Program-made: the position numbers and the translations under genes
Notes under the pieces: model-generated
Databases searched by the model: none
What the model was told of the DNA's origin: nothing
What the model saw: only the letters and a program-made list of their open reading frames with translations
Source of the DNA: Eledone cirrhosa
Taxonomy: Eukaryota
Direction: 5' to 3'
DNA: 64,000 nucleotides
Assembly (NCBI GenBank): GCA_964016885.1
Contig: OZ024742.1
Location: 372,186,001-372,250,000, forward strand
Part shown: piece by piece, positions 1 to 18,949 of the stretch
Position numbering within the stretch: position 1 is the stretch's first letter
How the letters are laid out: each line of letters opens with the position of its first letter

Positions 1-1250
1 AATACAGTAATATATACACTAGGAATACAGTAATATATATACACTAGAAATACAGTAATATATATACACTAGGAATACAGTAATATATATACACTAGGAA
101 TACAGATATATATATAGACTAGGAATACAGTAATATATATACACTAGAAATACAGTAATATATACACTAGGAATACAGTAATATATACACTAGAAATACA
201 GTAATATATATACACTAGAAATACAGTAATATATACACTAGGAATACAGTAATATATATACACTAGGAATACAGTAAAATATATACACTTGGAATACAGT
301 AATATATATACACTAGAAATACAGTAATATATATACACTAGGAATACAGTAATATATACACTAGAAATACAGTAATATATATACACTAGAAATACAGTAA
401 TATATAGACTAGAAATACAATAATATATACACTAGAAATACAGTAATATATACACTAGGAAGAGAGTAATATAAATATATACTAGAAATACAGTAATATA
501 TATACACGAGAAATACAGTAATATATACACTAGAAATACAGTAATATATATACACTAGAAATACAGTAATATATACACTATAAACACAGTAATATATATA
601 CACTAGAAATACAGTAATATATATACACGAGAAACACAGTAATATATACACTAGAAATCCAGTAATATATATACACTAGATATACAGTAATATATATATA
701 TACTAGAAATACAGTAATATATATACACTAGAAATACAGTAATATATACAGTAGGAATACAGTAATATATATACACTGGGAATACAGTAATATATACACT
801 AGGAATACAGTAATATATTTACACTAGAAATACAGTAATATATATACACTAGAAATACAGTAATATATACACTAGAAATACAGTAATATATATACACTAG
901 GAATACAGTAATATATACACTAGAAATACAGTAATATATATACACTAGAGATACAGTAATATATATACACTATAAATACAGTAATATATACACTAGAAAT
1001 ACAGTAATATATACAGTAGAAATATAGTAATATATATACACTAGGAATACAGTAATATATATACACTAGAAATACAGTAATATATATACCCTAGAAATAC
1101 AGTAATATATATACACTAGAAATACAGTAATATATATACACTAGAAATACAGTAACATATACACTAGGAATACAGTAATATATATACACTAGGAATACAG
1201 TAATATATATAGACTAGGAATACAGATATATATATACACTAGGAATACAG
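1..1250 (+). repeat. Further partial copy of the 1464-bp block, offset 3552 bp
   Basis: Offsets of 3552 for ORFs 144/3696 and 409/3961, CCCTAG 1089/4641 and TAACAT 1153/4705. Confidence 0.9.
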
Positions 1251-3179
1251 TAATATATATACACTAGAGATACAGTAATATATTCACTAGAAATACAGTA
1301 ATATATATACACTAGAAATACAGTAATATATATACACTAGGAATACAGTAATATATATACACTAGAAATAGAGTAATATATATACACTTGGAATACAGTA
1401 ATATATATACACTAGAAATACAGTAATATATATACAGTAGGAATAAAGTAATATATAGACTAGAAATACAGTAATATATATACACTAGGAATACAGTAAT
1501 ATATATACACTAAGAATACAGTTATATATATACACTAGAAATACAGTAATATATATACACTAGGAATACAGTAATATATATACACTAGAAATACAGTAAT
1601 ATATATATACTAGAAATACAGTAATATATATACACTAGAAATACAGTAATATATATACACTAGAAATACAGTAATATATATATACACTAGAGATACAGTA
1701 ATATATATACACTAGAAATACAGTAATATATATACACTTGAAATACAGTAGTATATATACACTAGAAATACAATAATATATATACACTAGGAATACAGTA
1801 ATATATATACACTAGAAATACAGTAACATATATACACTAGAAATACAATAATATATATACACTAGGAATACAGTAATATATATACACTAGAAATACAGTA
1901 ATATATATACACTAGAAACACAGTAATATATATACAGTAGAAACACAATAATATATATACACTAGGAATACAGTAATATATATACACTAGAAATACAGTA
2001 ATATATACACTAGGAATACAGTAATATATATACACTAGAAATACAATAATATATATACACTAGAAATTCAGTAATATATATACACTAGAAATACAGATAT
2101 ATATATATACACTAGAAATACAGTAATATATATACACTAGGAATACAGTAACATATATACACTAGAAATACAGTAATATATATACACTAGGAATACAGTA
2201 ATATATACACTAGGAATACAGTAATATATATATACACTAGAAATACAGTAATATATATATACTAGAAATACAGTAATATATATACACTAGAAATACAGTA
2301 ATATATATACTCTACAAATACAGTAATATATATACACTAGGAATACAGTAATATATATATACACTAGAAATACAGTAATATATACACTACAAATACAGTA
2401 ATATACATACACTAGGAATACAGTAATATATATACACTAGAAATACAGTAATATATATATACACTAGAAATACAGTAATATATATACACTAGAAATACAG
2501 TAATATATATATACTAGAAATACAGTAATATATATACACTAGAAATACAGTAATATATACACTAGAAATACAGTAATATATATATACTAGGAATACAGTA
2601 ATATATATACACTAGAAATACAGTAATATATACACTAGAAATACAGTAATATATATACACTAGAAATACAGTAATATATACACTAGAAATACAGTAATAT
2701 ATATGCACTAGGAATACAGTAATATATATACACTAGAAATACAGTAATATATATACACTACAAATACAGTAATATATATACACTAGGAATACATTAATAT
2801 ATACACTAGGAATACAGTAATATATATACACTAGAAATACAGTAATATATATACACTAGAAATACAGTAATATATATACGCTAGGAATACAGTAATATAT
2901 ATACACTAGGAATACAGTAATATATATACACTAGGAATACAGTAATACATATACACTAGGAATACAGTAATATATATACACTAGAAATACAGTAATATAT
3001 ATACACTAGAAATACAGTAATATATATATACTAGGAATACAGTAATATATATACACTAGAAATACAGTAATATATACACTAGAAATACAGTAATATATAT
3101 ACACTAGAAATACAGTAATATATATACACTAGGAATACAGTAATACATACACACTAGGAATACAGTAATATATATACAC

Positions 3180-6150
3180 TAGAAATACAGTAATATATAT
3201 ACACTAGAAATACAGTAATATATATACACTAGAAATACAGTAACATATACACTAGGAATACAGTAATATATATACACTAGGAATACAGTAATATATATAG
3301 ACTAGGAATACAGATATATATATACACTAGGAATACAGTAATATATATACACTAGAAATACAGTAATATATACACTAGGAATACAGTAATATATATACAC
3401 TAGAAATACAGTAATATATATAGATGAGAAATACAGTAATATATATACACTAGAAATACAGTAATATATACACTAGAAATACAGTAATATATATACACTA
3501 GAAATACAGTAAGATATATACACTAGAAATACAGTAATATATATACACTAGAAATACAGTAATATATACACTAGGAATACAGTAATATATATACACTAGA
3601 AATACAGTAATATATATACACTAGGAATACAGTAATATATATACACTAGGAATACAGATATATATATAGACTAGGAATACAGTAATATATATACACTAGA
3701 AATACAGTAATATATACACTAGGAATACAGTAATATATACACTAGAAATACAGTAATATATATACACTAGAAATACAGTAATATATACACTAGGAATACA
3801 GTAATATATATACACTAGGAATACAGTAAAATATATACACTTGGAATACAGTAATATATATACACTAGAAATACAGTAATATATATACACTAGGAATACA
3901 GTAATATATACACTAGAAATACAGTAATATATATACACTAGAAATACAGTAATATATAGACTAGAAATACAATAATATATACACTAGAAATACAGTAATA
4001 TATACACTAGGAAGAGAGTAATATAAATATATACTAGAAATACAGTAATATATATACACGAGAAATACAGTAATATATACACTAGAAATACAGTAATATA
4101 TATACACTAGAAATACAGTAATATATACACTATAAACACAGTAATATATATACACTAGAAATACAGTAATATATATACACGAGAAACACAGTAATATATA
4201 CACTAGAAATCCAGTAATATATATACACTAGATATACAGTAATATATATATATACTAGAAATACAGTAATATATATACACTAGAAATACAGTAATATATA
4301 CAGTAGGAATACAGTAATATATATACACTGGGAATACAGTAATATATACACTAGGAATACAGTAATATATTTACACTAGAAATACAGTAATATATATACA
4401 CTAGAAATACAGTAATATATACACTAGAAATACAGTAATATATATACACTAGGAATACAGTAATATATACACTAGAAATACAGTAATATATATACACTAG
4501 AGATACAGTAATATATATACACTATAAATACAGTAATATATACACTAGAAATACAGTAATATATACAGTAGAAATATAGTAATATATATACACTAGGAAT
4601 ACAGTAATATATATACACTAGAAATACAGTAATATATATACCCTAGAAATACAGTAATATATATACACTAGAAATACAGTAATATATATACACTAGAAAT
4701 ACAGTAACATATACACTAGGAATACAGTAATATATATACACTAGGAATACAGTAATATATATAGACTAGGAATACAGATATATATATACACTAGGAATAC
4801 AGTAATATATATACACTAGAAATACAGTAATATATACACTAGGAATACAGTAATATATATACACTAGAAATACAGTAATATATATAGATGAGAAATACAG
4901 TAATATATATACACTAGAAATACAGTAATATATACACTAGAAATACAGTAATATATATACACTAGAAATACAGTAAGATATATACACTAGAAATACAGTA
5001 ATATATATACACTAGAAATACAGTAATATATACACTAGGAATACAGTAATATATATACACTAGAAATACAGTAATATATATACACTAGGAATACAGTAAT
5101 ATATATACACTAGGAATACAGATATATATATAGACTAGGAATACAGTAATATATATACACTAGAAATACAGTAATATATACACTAGGAATACAGTAATAT
5201 ATACACTAGAAATACAGTAATATATATACACTAGAAATACAGTAATATATACACTAGGAATACAGTAATATATATACACTAGGAATACAGTAAAATATAT
5301 ACACTTGGAATACAGTAATATATATACACTAGAAATACAGTAATATATATACACTAGGAATACAGTAATATATACACTAGAAATACAGTAATATATATAC
5401 ACTAGAAATACAGTAATATATAGACTAGAAATACAATAATATATACACTAGAAATACAGTAATATATACACTAGGAAGAGAGTAATATAAATATATACTA
5501 GAAATACAGTAATATATATACACGAGAAATACAGTAATATATACACTAGAAATACAGTAATATATATACACTAGAAATACAGTAATATATACACTATAAA
5601 CACAGTAATATATATACACTAGAAATACAGTAATATATATACACGAGAAACACAGTAATATATACACTAGAAATCCAGTAATATATATACACTAGATATA
5701 CAGTAATATATATATATACTAGAAATACAGTAATATATATACACTAGAAATACAGTAATATATACAGTAGGAATACAGTAATATATATACACTGGGAATA
5801 CAGTAATATATACACTAGGAATACAGTAATATATTTACACTAGAAATACAGTAATATATATACACTAGAAATACAGTAATATATACACTAGAAATACAGT
5901 AATATATATACACTAGGAATACAGTAATATATACACTAGAAATACAGTAATATATATACACTAGAGATACAGTAATATATATACACTATAAATACAGTAA
6001 TATATACACTAGAAATACAGTAATATATACAGTAGAAATATAGTAATATATATACACTAGGAATACAGTAATATATATACACTAGAAATACAGTAATATA
6101 TATACCCTAGAAATACAGTAATATATATACACTAGAAATACAGTAATATA
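3180..6150 (+). repeat. Higher-order tandem duplication, period 1464 bp (about 60 monomers, 2 copies)
   Basis: Constant 1464 offset for TAACAT (3241/4705), CCCTAG (4641/6105) and identical ORF pairs (3696/5160, 3961/5425). Confidence 0.93.
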
Positions 6151-9100
6151 TATACCCTAGAAATACAGTAATATATATACACTAGAAATACAGTAATATA
6201 TACACTAGAAAAACAGTAATATATATACACTAGAAATACAGTAATATATACACTAGGAATACAGTAATATATATACACTAGAAATACAGTAATATATATA
6301 GATGAGAAATACAGTAATATATATACACTAGAAATACAGTAATATATACACTAGAAATACAGTAATATATATACACTAGAAATACAGTAAGATATATACA
6401 CTCGAAATACAGTAATATATACACTAGGAATACAGTAATATATATACACTAGAAATACAGTAATATATATACACTAGGAATACAGTAATATATATACACT
6501 AGGAATACAGATATATATATAGACTAGGAATACAGTAATATATATACACTAGGAATACAGTAATATATATACACTAGAAATACAGTAATATATATACACT
6601 AGAAATACAGTAATATATATACACTAGAAATACAGTAATATATACACTAGGAATACAGTAATATATATACACTAGGAATACAGTAAAATATATACACTAC
6701 GAATACAGTAATATATATACACTAGAAATACAGTAATATATATACACTAGGAATACGGTAATATATACACTAGAAATACAGTAATATATATACACTAGAA
6801 ATACAGTAATATATAGACTAGAAATACAATAATATATACACTAGAAATACAGTAATATATACACTAGAAATACAGTAATATATACACTAGAAATACAATA
6901 ATATATACACTAGAAATACAGTAATATATACACTAGGAATACAGTAATATATATATATACTAGAAATACAGTAATATATATACACTAGTAATACAGTAAT
7001 ATATACACTAGAAATACAGTAATATATACACTAGAAATACAATAATATATACACTAGAAATACAGTAATATATACACTAGGAATACAGTAATATATATAT
7101 ACACTAGAAATACAGTAATATATACACTAGAAACACAGTAATATATATACACTAGAAATACAGTAATATATATACACGAGAAATACAGTAATATATACAC
7201 TAGAAATACAGTAATATATATACACTAGAAATACAGTAATATATACACTATAAACACAGTAATATATATACACTAGAAATACAGTAATATATATACACGA
7301 GAAATACAGTAATATATACACTAGAAATACAGTAATATATATACACTAGATATAGAGTAATATATATACACTAGGAATACAGTAACATATATACACTAGA
7401 AATTCAGTAATATATATATATACTAGAAATACAGTAATATATATACACTAGAAATACAGTAATATATATACACTAGAAATACAGTAATATATACAGTAGA
7501 AAATCAGTAATATATACACTAGGAATACAGTAATATATATACACTAGAAATAAAGTAATATATATACACTAGAAATACAGTAATTTATATATACTAGAAA
7601 TACAGTAATATATATATACACTAGAAATACAGTAATATATACACACTAGAAATACAGTAATATATATACACTAGAAATACAGTAATTTATATATACTAGA
7701 AATACAGTAATATATATATACACTAGAAATACAGTAATATATACACACGAGAAATACAGTAATATATATACTAGGAATACAGTAATATATATACACTAGG
7801 AATACAGTAATATATACACTAGAAATACAGTAATATATATACACTAGAAATACAGTAATATATATATACACTAGAAATACAGTAATATATATACACTAGA
7901 AATACAGTAATATATATATACACTAGAAATACAGTAATATATATATATACACTAGAAATACAGTAATATATATACACTAGAAATACAGTAATATATATAC
8001 ACTAGGAATACAGTAATATATATACACTAGAAATACAGTAATATATATACACTAGAAATACAGTAATATATATACACTAGAAATACAGTAATATATACAC
8101 TAGAAATACAGTAATATATATACACTAGGAATACAGTAATATATACACTAGAAATACAGTAATATATATACACTAGGAATACAGTAACATATATACACTA
8201 GGAATACAGTAATATATATAGACTAGGAATACAGTAATATATATACACTAGAAATACAGTAATGTATATACACTAGGAATACAGTAATATATATACACTA
8301 GAAATACAGTAATATATACACTAGGAATACAGTAATATATATACACTAGGAATACAGTAATATATATACACTAGGAATACAGTAATATATATACACTAGA
8401 AATACAGTAATGTATATACACTAGGAATACAGTAATATATATACACTAGGAATACAGTAATATATATACACTAGAAATACAGTAATATATATACACTAGG
8501 AATACAGTAATATATACACTAGGAATACAGTAATATATATACACTAGGAATACAGTAATATATATACACTAGATATACAGTAATATATATACACTAGAAA
8601 TACAGTAATATATACACTAGGAATACAGTAATATATATACACTAGAAATACAGTAATATATATACACTAGAAATACAGTAATATATACACTAGGAATACA
8701 GTAATATATATATATATATACTAGAAATACAGTAATATATATACACTAGAAATACAGTAATATATATACACTAGAAATACAGTAATATATATACACTAGA
8801 AATGCAGTAAAATATATATACACTAGGAATACAGTAATATATATACACTGGAAATACAGATATATATATACACTAGGAATACAGTAATATATATACACTA
8901 GAAATACAGGAATATATATAGACTAGGAATACAGTAATATATATACACTAGAAATATAGTAATATATACACTAGGAATCCAGTAGTATATACACTAGAAA
9001 TACAGTAACATATATACACTAGAAATACAGTAATATATACACTAGAAATATAGTAATATATACACTAGGAATACAGTAGTATATACACTAGAAATATAGT

Positions 9101-9189
9101 AATATATACACTAGAAATACAGTAATATATATACACTAGAAATACAGTAATATATACACTAGAAATACAGTAATATATATATACACTAG

Positions 9190-12100
9190 AAATACAGTAA
9201 TATATATACACTAGGAATACAGTAATATATATACACTAGAAATAGAGTAATATATATACACTTGGAATACAGTAATATATATACACTAGAAATACAGTAA
9301 TATATATACAGTAGGAATAAAGTAATATATAGACTAGAAATACAGTAATATATATACACTAGGAATACAGTAATATATATACACTAAGAATACAGTTATA
9401 TATATACACTAGAAATACAGTAATATATATACACTAGGAATACAGTAATATATATACACTAGAAATACAGTAATATATATATACTAGAAATACAGTAATA
9501 TATATACACTAGAAATACAGTAATATATATACACTAGAAATACAGTAATATATATATACACTAGAGATACAGTAATATATATACACTAGAAATACAGTAA
9601 TATATATACACTTGAAATACAGTAGTATATATACACTAGAAATACAATAATATATATACACTAGGAATACAGTAATATATATACACTAGAAATACAGTAA
9701 TATATATACACTAGAAACACAGTAATATATATACAGTAGAAACACAATAATATATATACACTAGGAATACAGTAATATATATACACTAGAAATACAGTAA
9801 TATATACACTAGGAATACAGTAATATATATACACTAGAAATACAATAATATATATACACTAGAAATTCAGTAATATATATACACTAGAAATACAGATATA
9901 TATATATACACTAGAAATAAACTAAATATATATACACTAGAAATACAGTAATATATATACACTAGGAATACAGTAACATATATACACTAGAAATACAGTA
10001 ATATATATACACTAGGAATACAGTAATATATACACTAGGAATACAGTAATATATATATACACTAGAAATACAGTAATATATATATACTAGAAATACAGTA
10101 ATATATATACACTAGAAATACAGTAATATATATACTCTACAAATACAGTAATATATATACACTAGGAATACAGTAATATATATATACACTAGAAATACAG
10201 TAATATATACACTACAAATACAGTAATATACATACACTAGGAATACAGTAATATATATACACTAGAAATACAGTAATATATATATACACTAGAAATACAG
10301 TAATATATATACACTAGAAATACAGTAATATATATATACTAGAAATACAGTAATATATATACACTAGAAATACAGTAATATATACACTAGAAATACAGTA
10401 ATATATATATACTAGGAATACAGTAATATATATACACTAGAAATACAGTAATATATACACTAGAAATACAGTAATATATATACACTAGAAATACAGTAAT
10501 ATATACACTAGAAATACAGTAATATATATGCACTAGGAATACAGTAATATATATACACTAGAAATACAGTAATATATATACACTAGGAATACAGTAATAC
10601 ATATACACTAGGAATACAGTAATATATATACACTAGAAATACAGTAATATATATACACTAGAAATACAGTAATATATATACACTAGAAATACAGTAGCAT
10701 ATACACTAGGAATACAGTAATATATATACACTAGGAATACAGTAATATATATAGACTAGGAATACAGATATATATATACACTAGGAATACAGTAATATAT
10801 ATACACTAGAAATACAGTAATATATACACTAGGAATACAGTAATATATATACACTAGAAATACAGTAATATATATAGATGAGAAATACAGTAATATATAT
10901 ACACTAGAAATACAGTAATATATACACTAGAAATACAGTAATATATATACACTAGAAATACAGTAAGATATATACACTAGAAATACAGTAATATATATAC
11001 ACTAGAAATACAGTAATATATACACTAGGAATACAGTAATATATATACACTAGAAATACAGTAATATATATACACTAGGAATACAGTAATATATATACAC
11101 TAGGAATACAGATATATATATAGACTAGGAATACAGTAATATATATACACTAGAAATACAGTAATATATACACTAGGAATACAGTAATATATACACTAGA
11201 AATACAGTAATATATATACACTAGAAATACAGTAATATATACACTAGGAATACAGTAATATATATACACTAGGAATACAGTAAAATATATACACTTGGAA
11301 TACAGTAATATATATACACTAGAAATACAGTAATATATATACACTAGGAATACAGTAATATATACACTAGAAATACAGTAATATATATACACTAGAAATA
11401 CAGTAATATATAGACTAGAAATACAATAATATATACACTAGAAATACAGTAATATATACACTAGGAAGAGAGTAATATAAATATATACTAGAAATACAGT
11501 AATATATATACACGAGAAATACAGTAATATATACACTAGAAATACAGTAATATATATACACTAGAAATACAGTAATATATACACTATAAACACAGTAATA
11601 TATATACACTAGAAATACAGTAATATATATACACGAGAAACACAGTAATATATACACTAGAAATCCAGTAATATATATACACTAGATATACAGTAATATA
11701 TATATATACTAGAAATACAGTAATATATATACACTAGAAATACAGAAATATATACAGTAGGAATACAGTAATATATATACACTGGGAATACAGTAATATA
11801 TACACTAGGAATACAGTAATATATTTACACTAGAAATACAGTAATATATATACACTAGAAATACAGTAATATATACACTAGAAATACAGTAATATATACA
11901 GTAGAAATATAGTAATATATATACACTAGGAATACAGTAATATATATACACTAGAAATACAGTAATATATATACCCTAGAAATACAGTAATATATATACA
12001 CTAGAAATACAGTAATATATATACCCTAGAAATACAGTAATATATATACACTAGAAATACAGTAATATATACACTAGAAAAACAGTAATATATATACACT

Positions 12101-15100
12101 AGAAATACAGTAATATATACACTAGGAATACAGTAATATATATACACTAGAAATAGAGTAATATATATAGATGAGAAATACAGTAATATATATACACTAG
12201 AAATACAGTAATATATACACTAGAAATACAGTAATATATATACACTAGAAATACAGTAAGATATATACACTCGAAATACAGTAATATATACACTAGGAAT
12301 ACAGTAATATATATACACTAGAAATACAGTAATATATATACACTAGGAATACAGTAATATATATACACTAGGAATACAGATATATATATAGACTAGGAAT
12401 ACAGTAATATATATACACTAGGAATACAGTAATATATATACACTAGAAATACAGTAATATATATACACTAGAAATACAGTAATATATATACACTAGAAAT
12501 ACAGTAATATATACACTAGGAATACAGTAATATATATACACTAGGAATACAGTAAAATATATACACTAGGAATACAGTAATATATATACACTAGAAATAC
12601 AGTAATATATATACACTAGGAATACGGTAATATATACACTAGAAATACAGTAATATATATACACTAGGAATACAGTAATATATACACTAGAAATACAGTA
12701 ATATATATACACTAGAGATACAGTAATATATACACTAGAAATACAGTAATATATACACTAGAAATACAATAATATATACACTAGAAATACAGTAATATAT
12801 ACACTAGGAATACAGTAATATATATATATACTAGAAATACAGTAATATATATACACTAGTAATACAGTAATATATACACTAGAAATACAGTAATATATAC
12901 ACTAGAAATACAATAATATATACACTAGAAATACAGTAATATATACACTAGGAATACAGTAATATATATATACACTAGAAATACAGTAATATATACACTA
13001 GAAACACAGTAATATATATACACTAGAAATACAGTAATATATATACACGAGAAATACAGTAATATATACACTAGAAATACAGTAATATATATACACTAGA
13101 AATACAGTAATATATACACTATAAACACAGTAATATATATACACTAGAAATACAGTAATATATATACACGAGAAATACAGTAATATATACACTAGAAATA
13201 CAGTAATATATATACACTAGATATAGAGTAATATATATACACTAGGAATACAGTAACATATATACACTAGAAATTCAGTAATATATATATATACTAGAAA
13301 TACAGTAATATATATACACTAGAAATACAGTAATATATATACACTAGAAATACAGTAATATATACAGTAGAAAATCAGTAATATATACACTAGGAATACA
13401 GTAATATATATACACTAGAAATACAGTAATATATATACACTAGAAATACAGTAATTTATATATACTAGAAATACAGTAATATATATATACACTAGAAATA
13501 CAGTAATATATACACACTAGAAATACAGTAATATATATACACTAGAAATACAGTAATTTATATATACTAGAAATACAGTAATATATATATACACTAGAAA
13601 TACAGTAATATATACACACGAGAAATACAGTAATATATATACTAGGAATACAGTAATATATATACACTAGGAATACAGTAATATATACACTAGAAATACA
13701 GTAATATATATATACTAGAGATACAGTAATATATATACACTAGAAATACAGTAATATATATACACTAGAAATACAGTAATATATATACACTAGAAATACA
13801 GTAATATATATACACTAGAAATACAGTAATATATATACACTAGAAATACAGTAATATATATACACTAGGAATACAGTAATATATATACACTAGAAATACA
13901 GTAATATATATACACTAGAAATACAGTAATATATACACTAGAAATACAGTAATAAATATACACTAGGAATACAGTAATATATATAAACTAGAAATACAGT
14001 AATATATATACACTAGGAATACAGTAATATATATACACTAGAAATACAGTAATATATATAAACTAGAAATACAGTAATATATATACACTAGGAATACAGT
14101 AATATATATACACTAGAAATACAGTAATATATACGCACTAGAAATACAGTAATATATATACACTAGAAATACAGTAATATATATATACACTAGAAATACA
14201 GTAATATATATATATACACTAGAAATACAGTAATATATATACACTAGAAATACAGTAATATATATACACTAGGAATACAGTAATATATATACACTAGAAA
14301 TACAGTAATATATATACACTAGAAATACAGTAATATATATACACTAGAAATACAGTAATATATACACTAGAAATACAGTAATATATATACACTAGGAATA
14401 CAGTAATATATACACTAGAAATACAGTAATATATATACACTAGGAATACAGTAACATATATACACTAGGAATACAGTAATATATATAGACTAGGAATACA
14501 GTAATATATATACACTAGAAATACAGTAATGTATATACACTAGGAATACAGTAATATATATACACTAGAAATACAGTAATATATACACTAGGAATACAGT
14601 AATATATATACACTAGGAATACAGTAATATATATACACTAGGAATACAGTAATATATATACACTAGAAATACAGTAATGTATATACACTAGGAATACAGT
14701 AATATATATACACTAGGAATACAGTAATATATATACACTAGAAATACAGTAATATATATACACTAGGAATACAGTAATATATACACTAGGAATACAGTAA
14801 TATATATACACTAGGAATACAGTAATATATATACACTAGATATACAGTAATATATATACACTAGAAATACAGTAATATATACACTAGGAATACAGTAATA
14901 TATATACACTAGAAATACAGTAATATATATACACTAGAAATACAGTAATATATACACTAGGAATACAGTAATATATATATATATATACTAGAAATACAGT
15001 AATATATATACACTAGAAATACAGTAATATATATACACTAGAAATACAGTAATATATATACACTAGAAATGCAGTAAATTATATATACACTAGGAATACA

Positions 15101-15450
15101 GTAATATATATACACTGGAAATACAGATATATATATACACTAGGAATACAGTAATATATATACACTAGAAATACAGGAATATATATAGACTAGGAATACA
15201 GTAATATATATACACTAGAAATATAGTAATATATACACTAGGAATCCAGTAGTATATACACTAGAAATACAGTAACATATATACACTAGAAATACAGTAA
15301 TATATACACTAGAAATATAGTAATATATACACTAGGAATACAGTAGTATATACACTAGAAATATAGTAATATATACACTAGAAATACAGTAATATATATA
15401 CACTAGAAATACTGTAATATATACACTAGAAATACAGTAATATATATATA
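9190..15450 (+). repeat. Large degenerate copy of the approximately 1300-9200 region, with only one 1464-bp unit and several internal indels
   Basis: Marker order is conserved with stepping offsets: GAGTAA 1371/9245 (7874), TATGCAC 2705/10530 (7825), ORF 5160/11150 (5990), ORF 7127/12998 (5871) and AATGCAG about 8801/15068 (about 6270). Confidence 0.8.
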
Positions 15451-18400
15451 CACTAGAAATACAGTCATATATATATACTAGAAATACAGTAATATATATA
15501 TACACTAGAAATACAGTAATATATACACACTAGAAATACAGTAATATATATACACTAGGAATACAGTAGTATATATACACTAGAAATACAGTAATATATA
15601 CACTAGAAATACAGTAATATATATACACTAGGAATACAGTAATATATATACACTAGAAATACAGTAATATATATAAACTAGAAATACAGTAATATATATA
15701 CACTAGGAATACAGTAATATATATACACTAGAAATACAGTAATATATATACACTAGAAATACAGTAATATATATACACTAGAAATACAGTAATATATATA
15801 TACACTAGAAATACAGTAATATATATATACACTAGAAATACAGTAATATATATACACTAGAAATACAGTAATATATATACACTAGGAATACAGTAATATA
15901 TATACACTAGAAATACAGTAATATATATACACTAGAAATACAGTAATATATATACACTAGAAATACAGTAATATATACACTAGAAATACAGTAATATATA
16001 TACACTAGGAATACAGTTATATATACACTAGAAATACAGTAATATATATACACTAGGAATACAGTAACATATATACACTAGGAATACAGTAATATATATA
16101 CACTAGGAATACAGTAATATATATACACTAGAAATACAGTAATGTATATACACTAGGAATACAGTAATATATATACACTAGAAATACAGTAATATATACA
16201 CTAGGAATACAGTAATATATATACACTAGGAATACAGTAATATATATACACTAGGAATACAATAATATATATACACTAGAAATACAGTAATATATATACA
16301 CTAGGAATACAGTAATATATACACTAGGAATACAGAAACATATATACACTAGGAATACAGTAATATATATACACTAGATATACAGTAATATATATACACT
16401 AGAAATACAGTAATATATACACTAGGAATACAGTAATATATATACACTAGAAATACAGTAATATATATACACGAGAAATACAGTAATATATACACTAGAA
16501 ATCCAGTAATATATATACACTAGATATACAGTAATATATATATATACTAGAAATACAGTAATATATATACACTAGAAATACAGTAATATATACAGTAGGA
16601 ATACAGTAATATATATACACTGGGAATACAGTAATATATACACTAGGAATACAGTAATATATTTACACTAGAAATACAGTAATATATATACACTAGAAAT
16701 ACAGTAATATATATACACTAGAAATACAGTAATATATATACACTAGAAATACAGTAATATATATACACTAGAAATACAGTAATATATATACACTAGAAAT
16801 CCAGTAATATATATACACTAGAAATACAGTAATATATATATACACTAGAAATACAGTAATATATATATACACTAGGAATACAGTAATATATATACACTAG
16901 AAATACAGTAATATATATACACTAGGAATACAGTAATATATATACACTAGAAATACAGTAATATATATACACTAGGAATACAGATATATATATACACTAG
17001 GAATACAGTAATATATATACACTAGAAATACAGTAATATATATATACACTAGAAATACAGTAATATATATATACTAGGAATGCAGTAATATATATACACT
17101 AGAAATACAGTAATATATATACACGAGAAATACAGTAATATATACACTAGAAATACAGTAATATATATACACTAGGAATACAGTAATATATACACTAGAA
17201 ATACAGTAATATATATACACTAGAGATACAGTAATATATATACACTAGAAAAACAGTAATACATACACTAGAAATACAGTAATATATACACTAGAAATAC
17301 AGTAATATATACACTAGAAATACAGTAATATATGTACACTTGAAATACAGTAATATATATACACTAGAAGTACAGTAATATATATACACTAGAAATACAG
17401 CAATATATACACTAGAAATACAGTAATATATATACACTAGAAATACAGTCATATATATATACTAGAAATAAAGTAATATATATACACTAGAAATACAGTA
17501 ATATATACACTAGAAATACAGTAATATATATACACTAGAAATACAGTAATATATATACACTAGAAATACAGTAATATATATACACTAGGAATACAGTAAT
17601 ATATATACATGGGAAATACAGTAATATATACACTAGAAATACAGTAATATATATACACTAGAAATACAGTAATATATATACACTAGAGATACAGTAATAT
17701 ATACACTAGATATACAGTAATATATACACTAGATATACAGTAATATATACACTAGGAATACAGTAATATATATACACTTGAAATACAGTAATATATATAC
17801 ACTAGGAATACAGTAATATATATACACTAGGAATACAGTAATATATATACACTAGAAATACAGTAATATATATACACTAGAAATACAGTAATATATATAC
17901 ACTAGAAATACAGTAATATATATACACTAGAAATACAGTAATATATATATACACTAGAAATACAGTAATATATACACTAGGAATACAGTAATATATATAC
18001 ACTAGAAATACAGTAATATATATACACTAGAAATACAGTAATATATACACTAGGAATACAGTAATATATATACACTAGGAATACAGTAATATATATACAC
18101 TAGAAATGCAGTAATATATATACACTAGGAATACAGTAATATATATACACTAGCAATACAGTAATATATATACACTAGAAATACAGTAATATATATACAC
18201 TAGGAATACAGTAATATATATACACTAGAAATACAGTAATATATATACACTAGGAATACAGTAATATATATACACTAGGAATACAGTAATATATATAGAC
18301 TAGGAATACAGATATATATATACACTAGGAATACAGTAATATATATACACTAGAAATACAGTAATATATACACTAGGAATACAGTAATATATATACACTA

Positions 18401-18949
18401 GAAATACAGTAATATATATAGATGAGAAATACAGTAATATATATACACTAGAAATACAGTAATATATACACTAGAAATACAGTAATATATATACACTAGA
18501 AATACAGTAAGATATATACACTAGAAATACAGTAATATATATACACTAGAAATAAAGTAATATATACACTAGGAATACAGTAATATATATACACTAGAAA
18601 TACAGTAATATATATACACTAGGAATACAGTAATATATATACACTAGGAATACAGATATATATATAGACTAGGAATACAGTAATATATATACACTAGAAA
18701 TACAGTAATATATACACTAGGAATACAGTAATATATACACTAGAAATACAGTAATATATATACACTAGAAATACAGTAATATATACACTAGGAATACAGT
18801 AATATATATACACTAGGAATACAGTAAAATATATACACTTGGAATACAGTAATATATATACACTAGAAATACAGTAATATATATACACTAGGAATACAGT
18901 AATATATACACTAGAAATACAGTAATATATATACACTAGAAATACAGTA

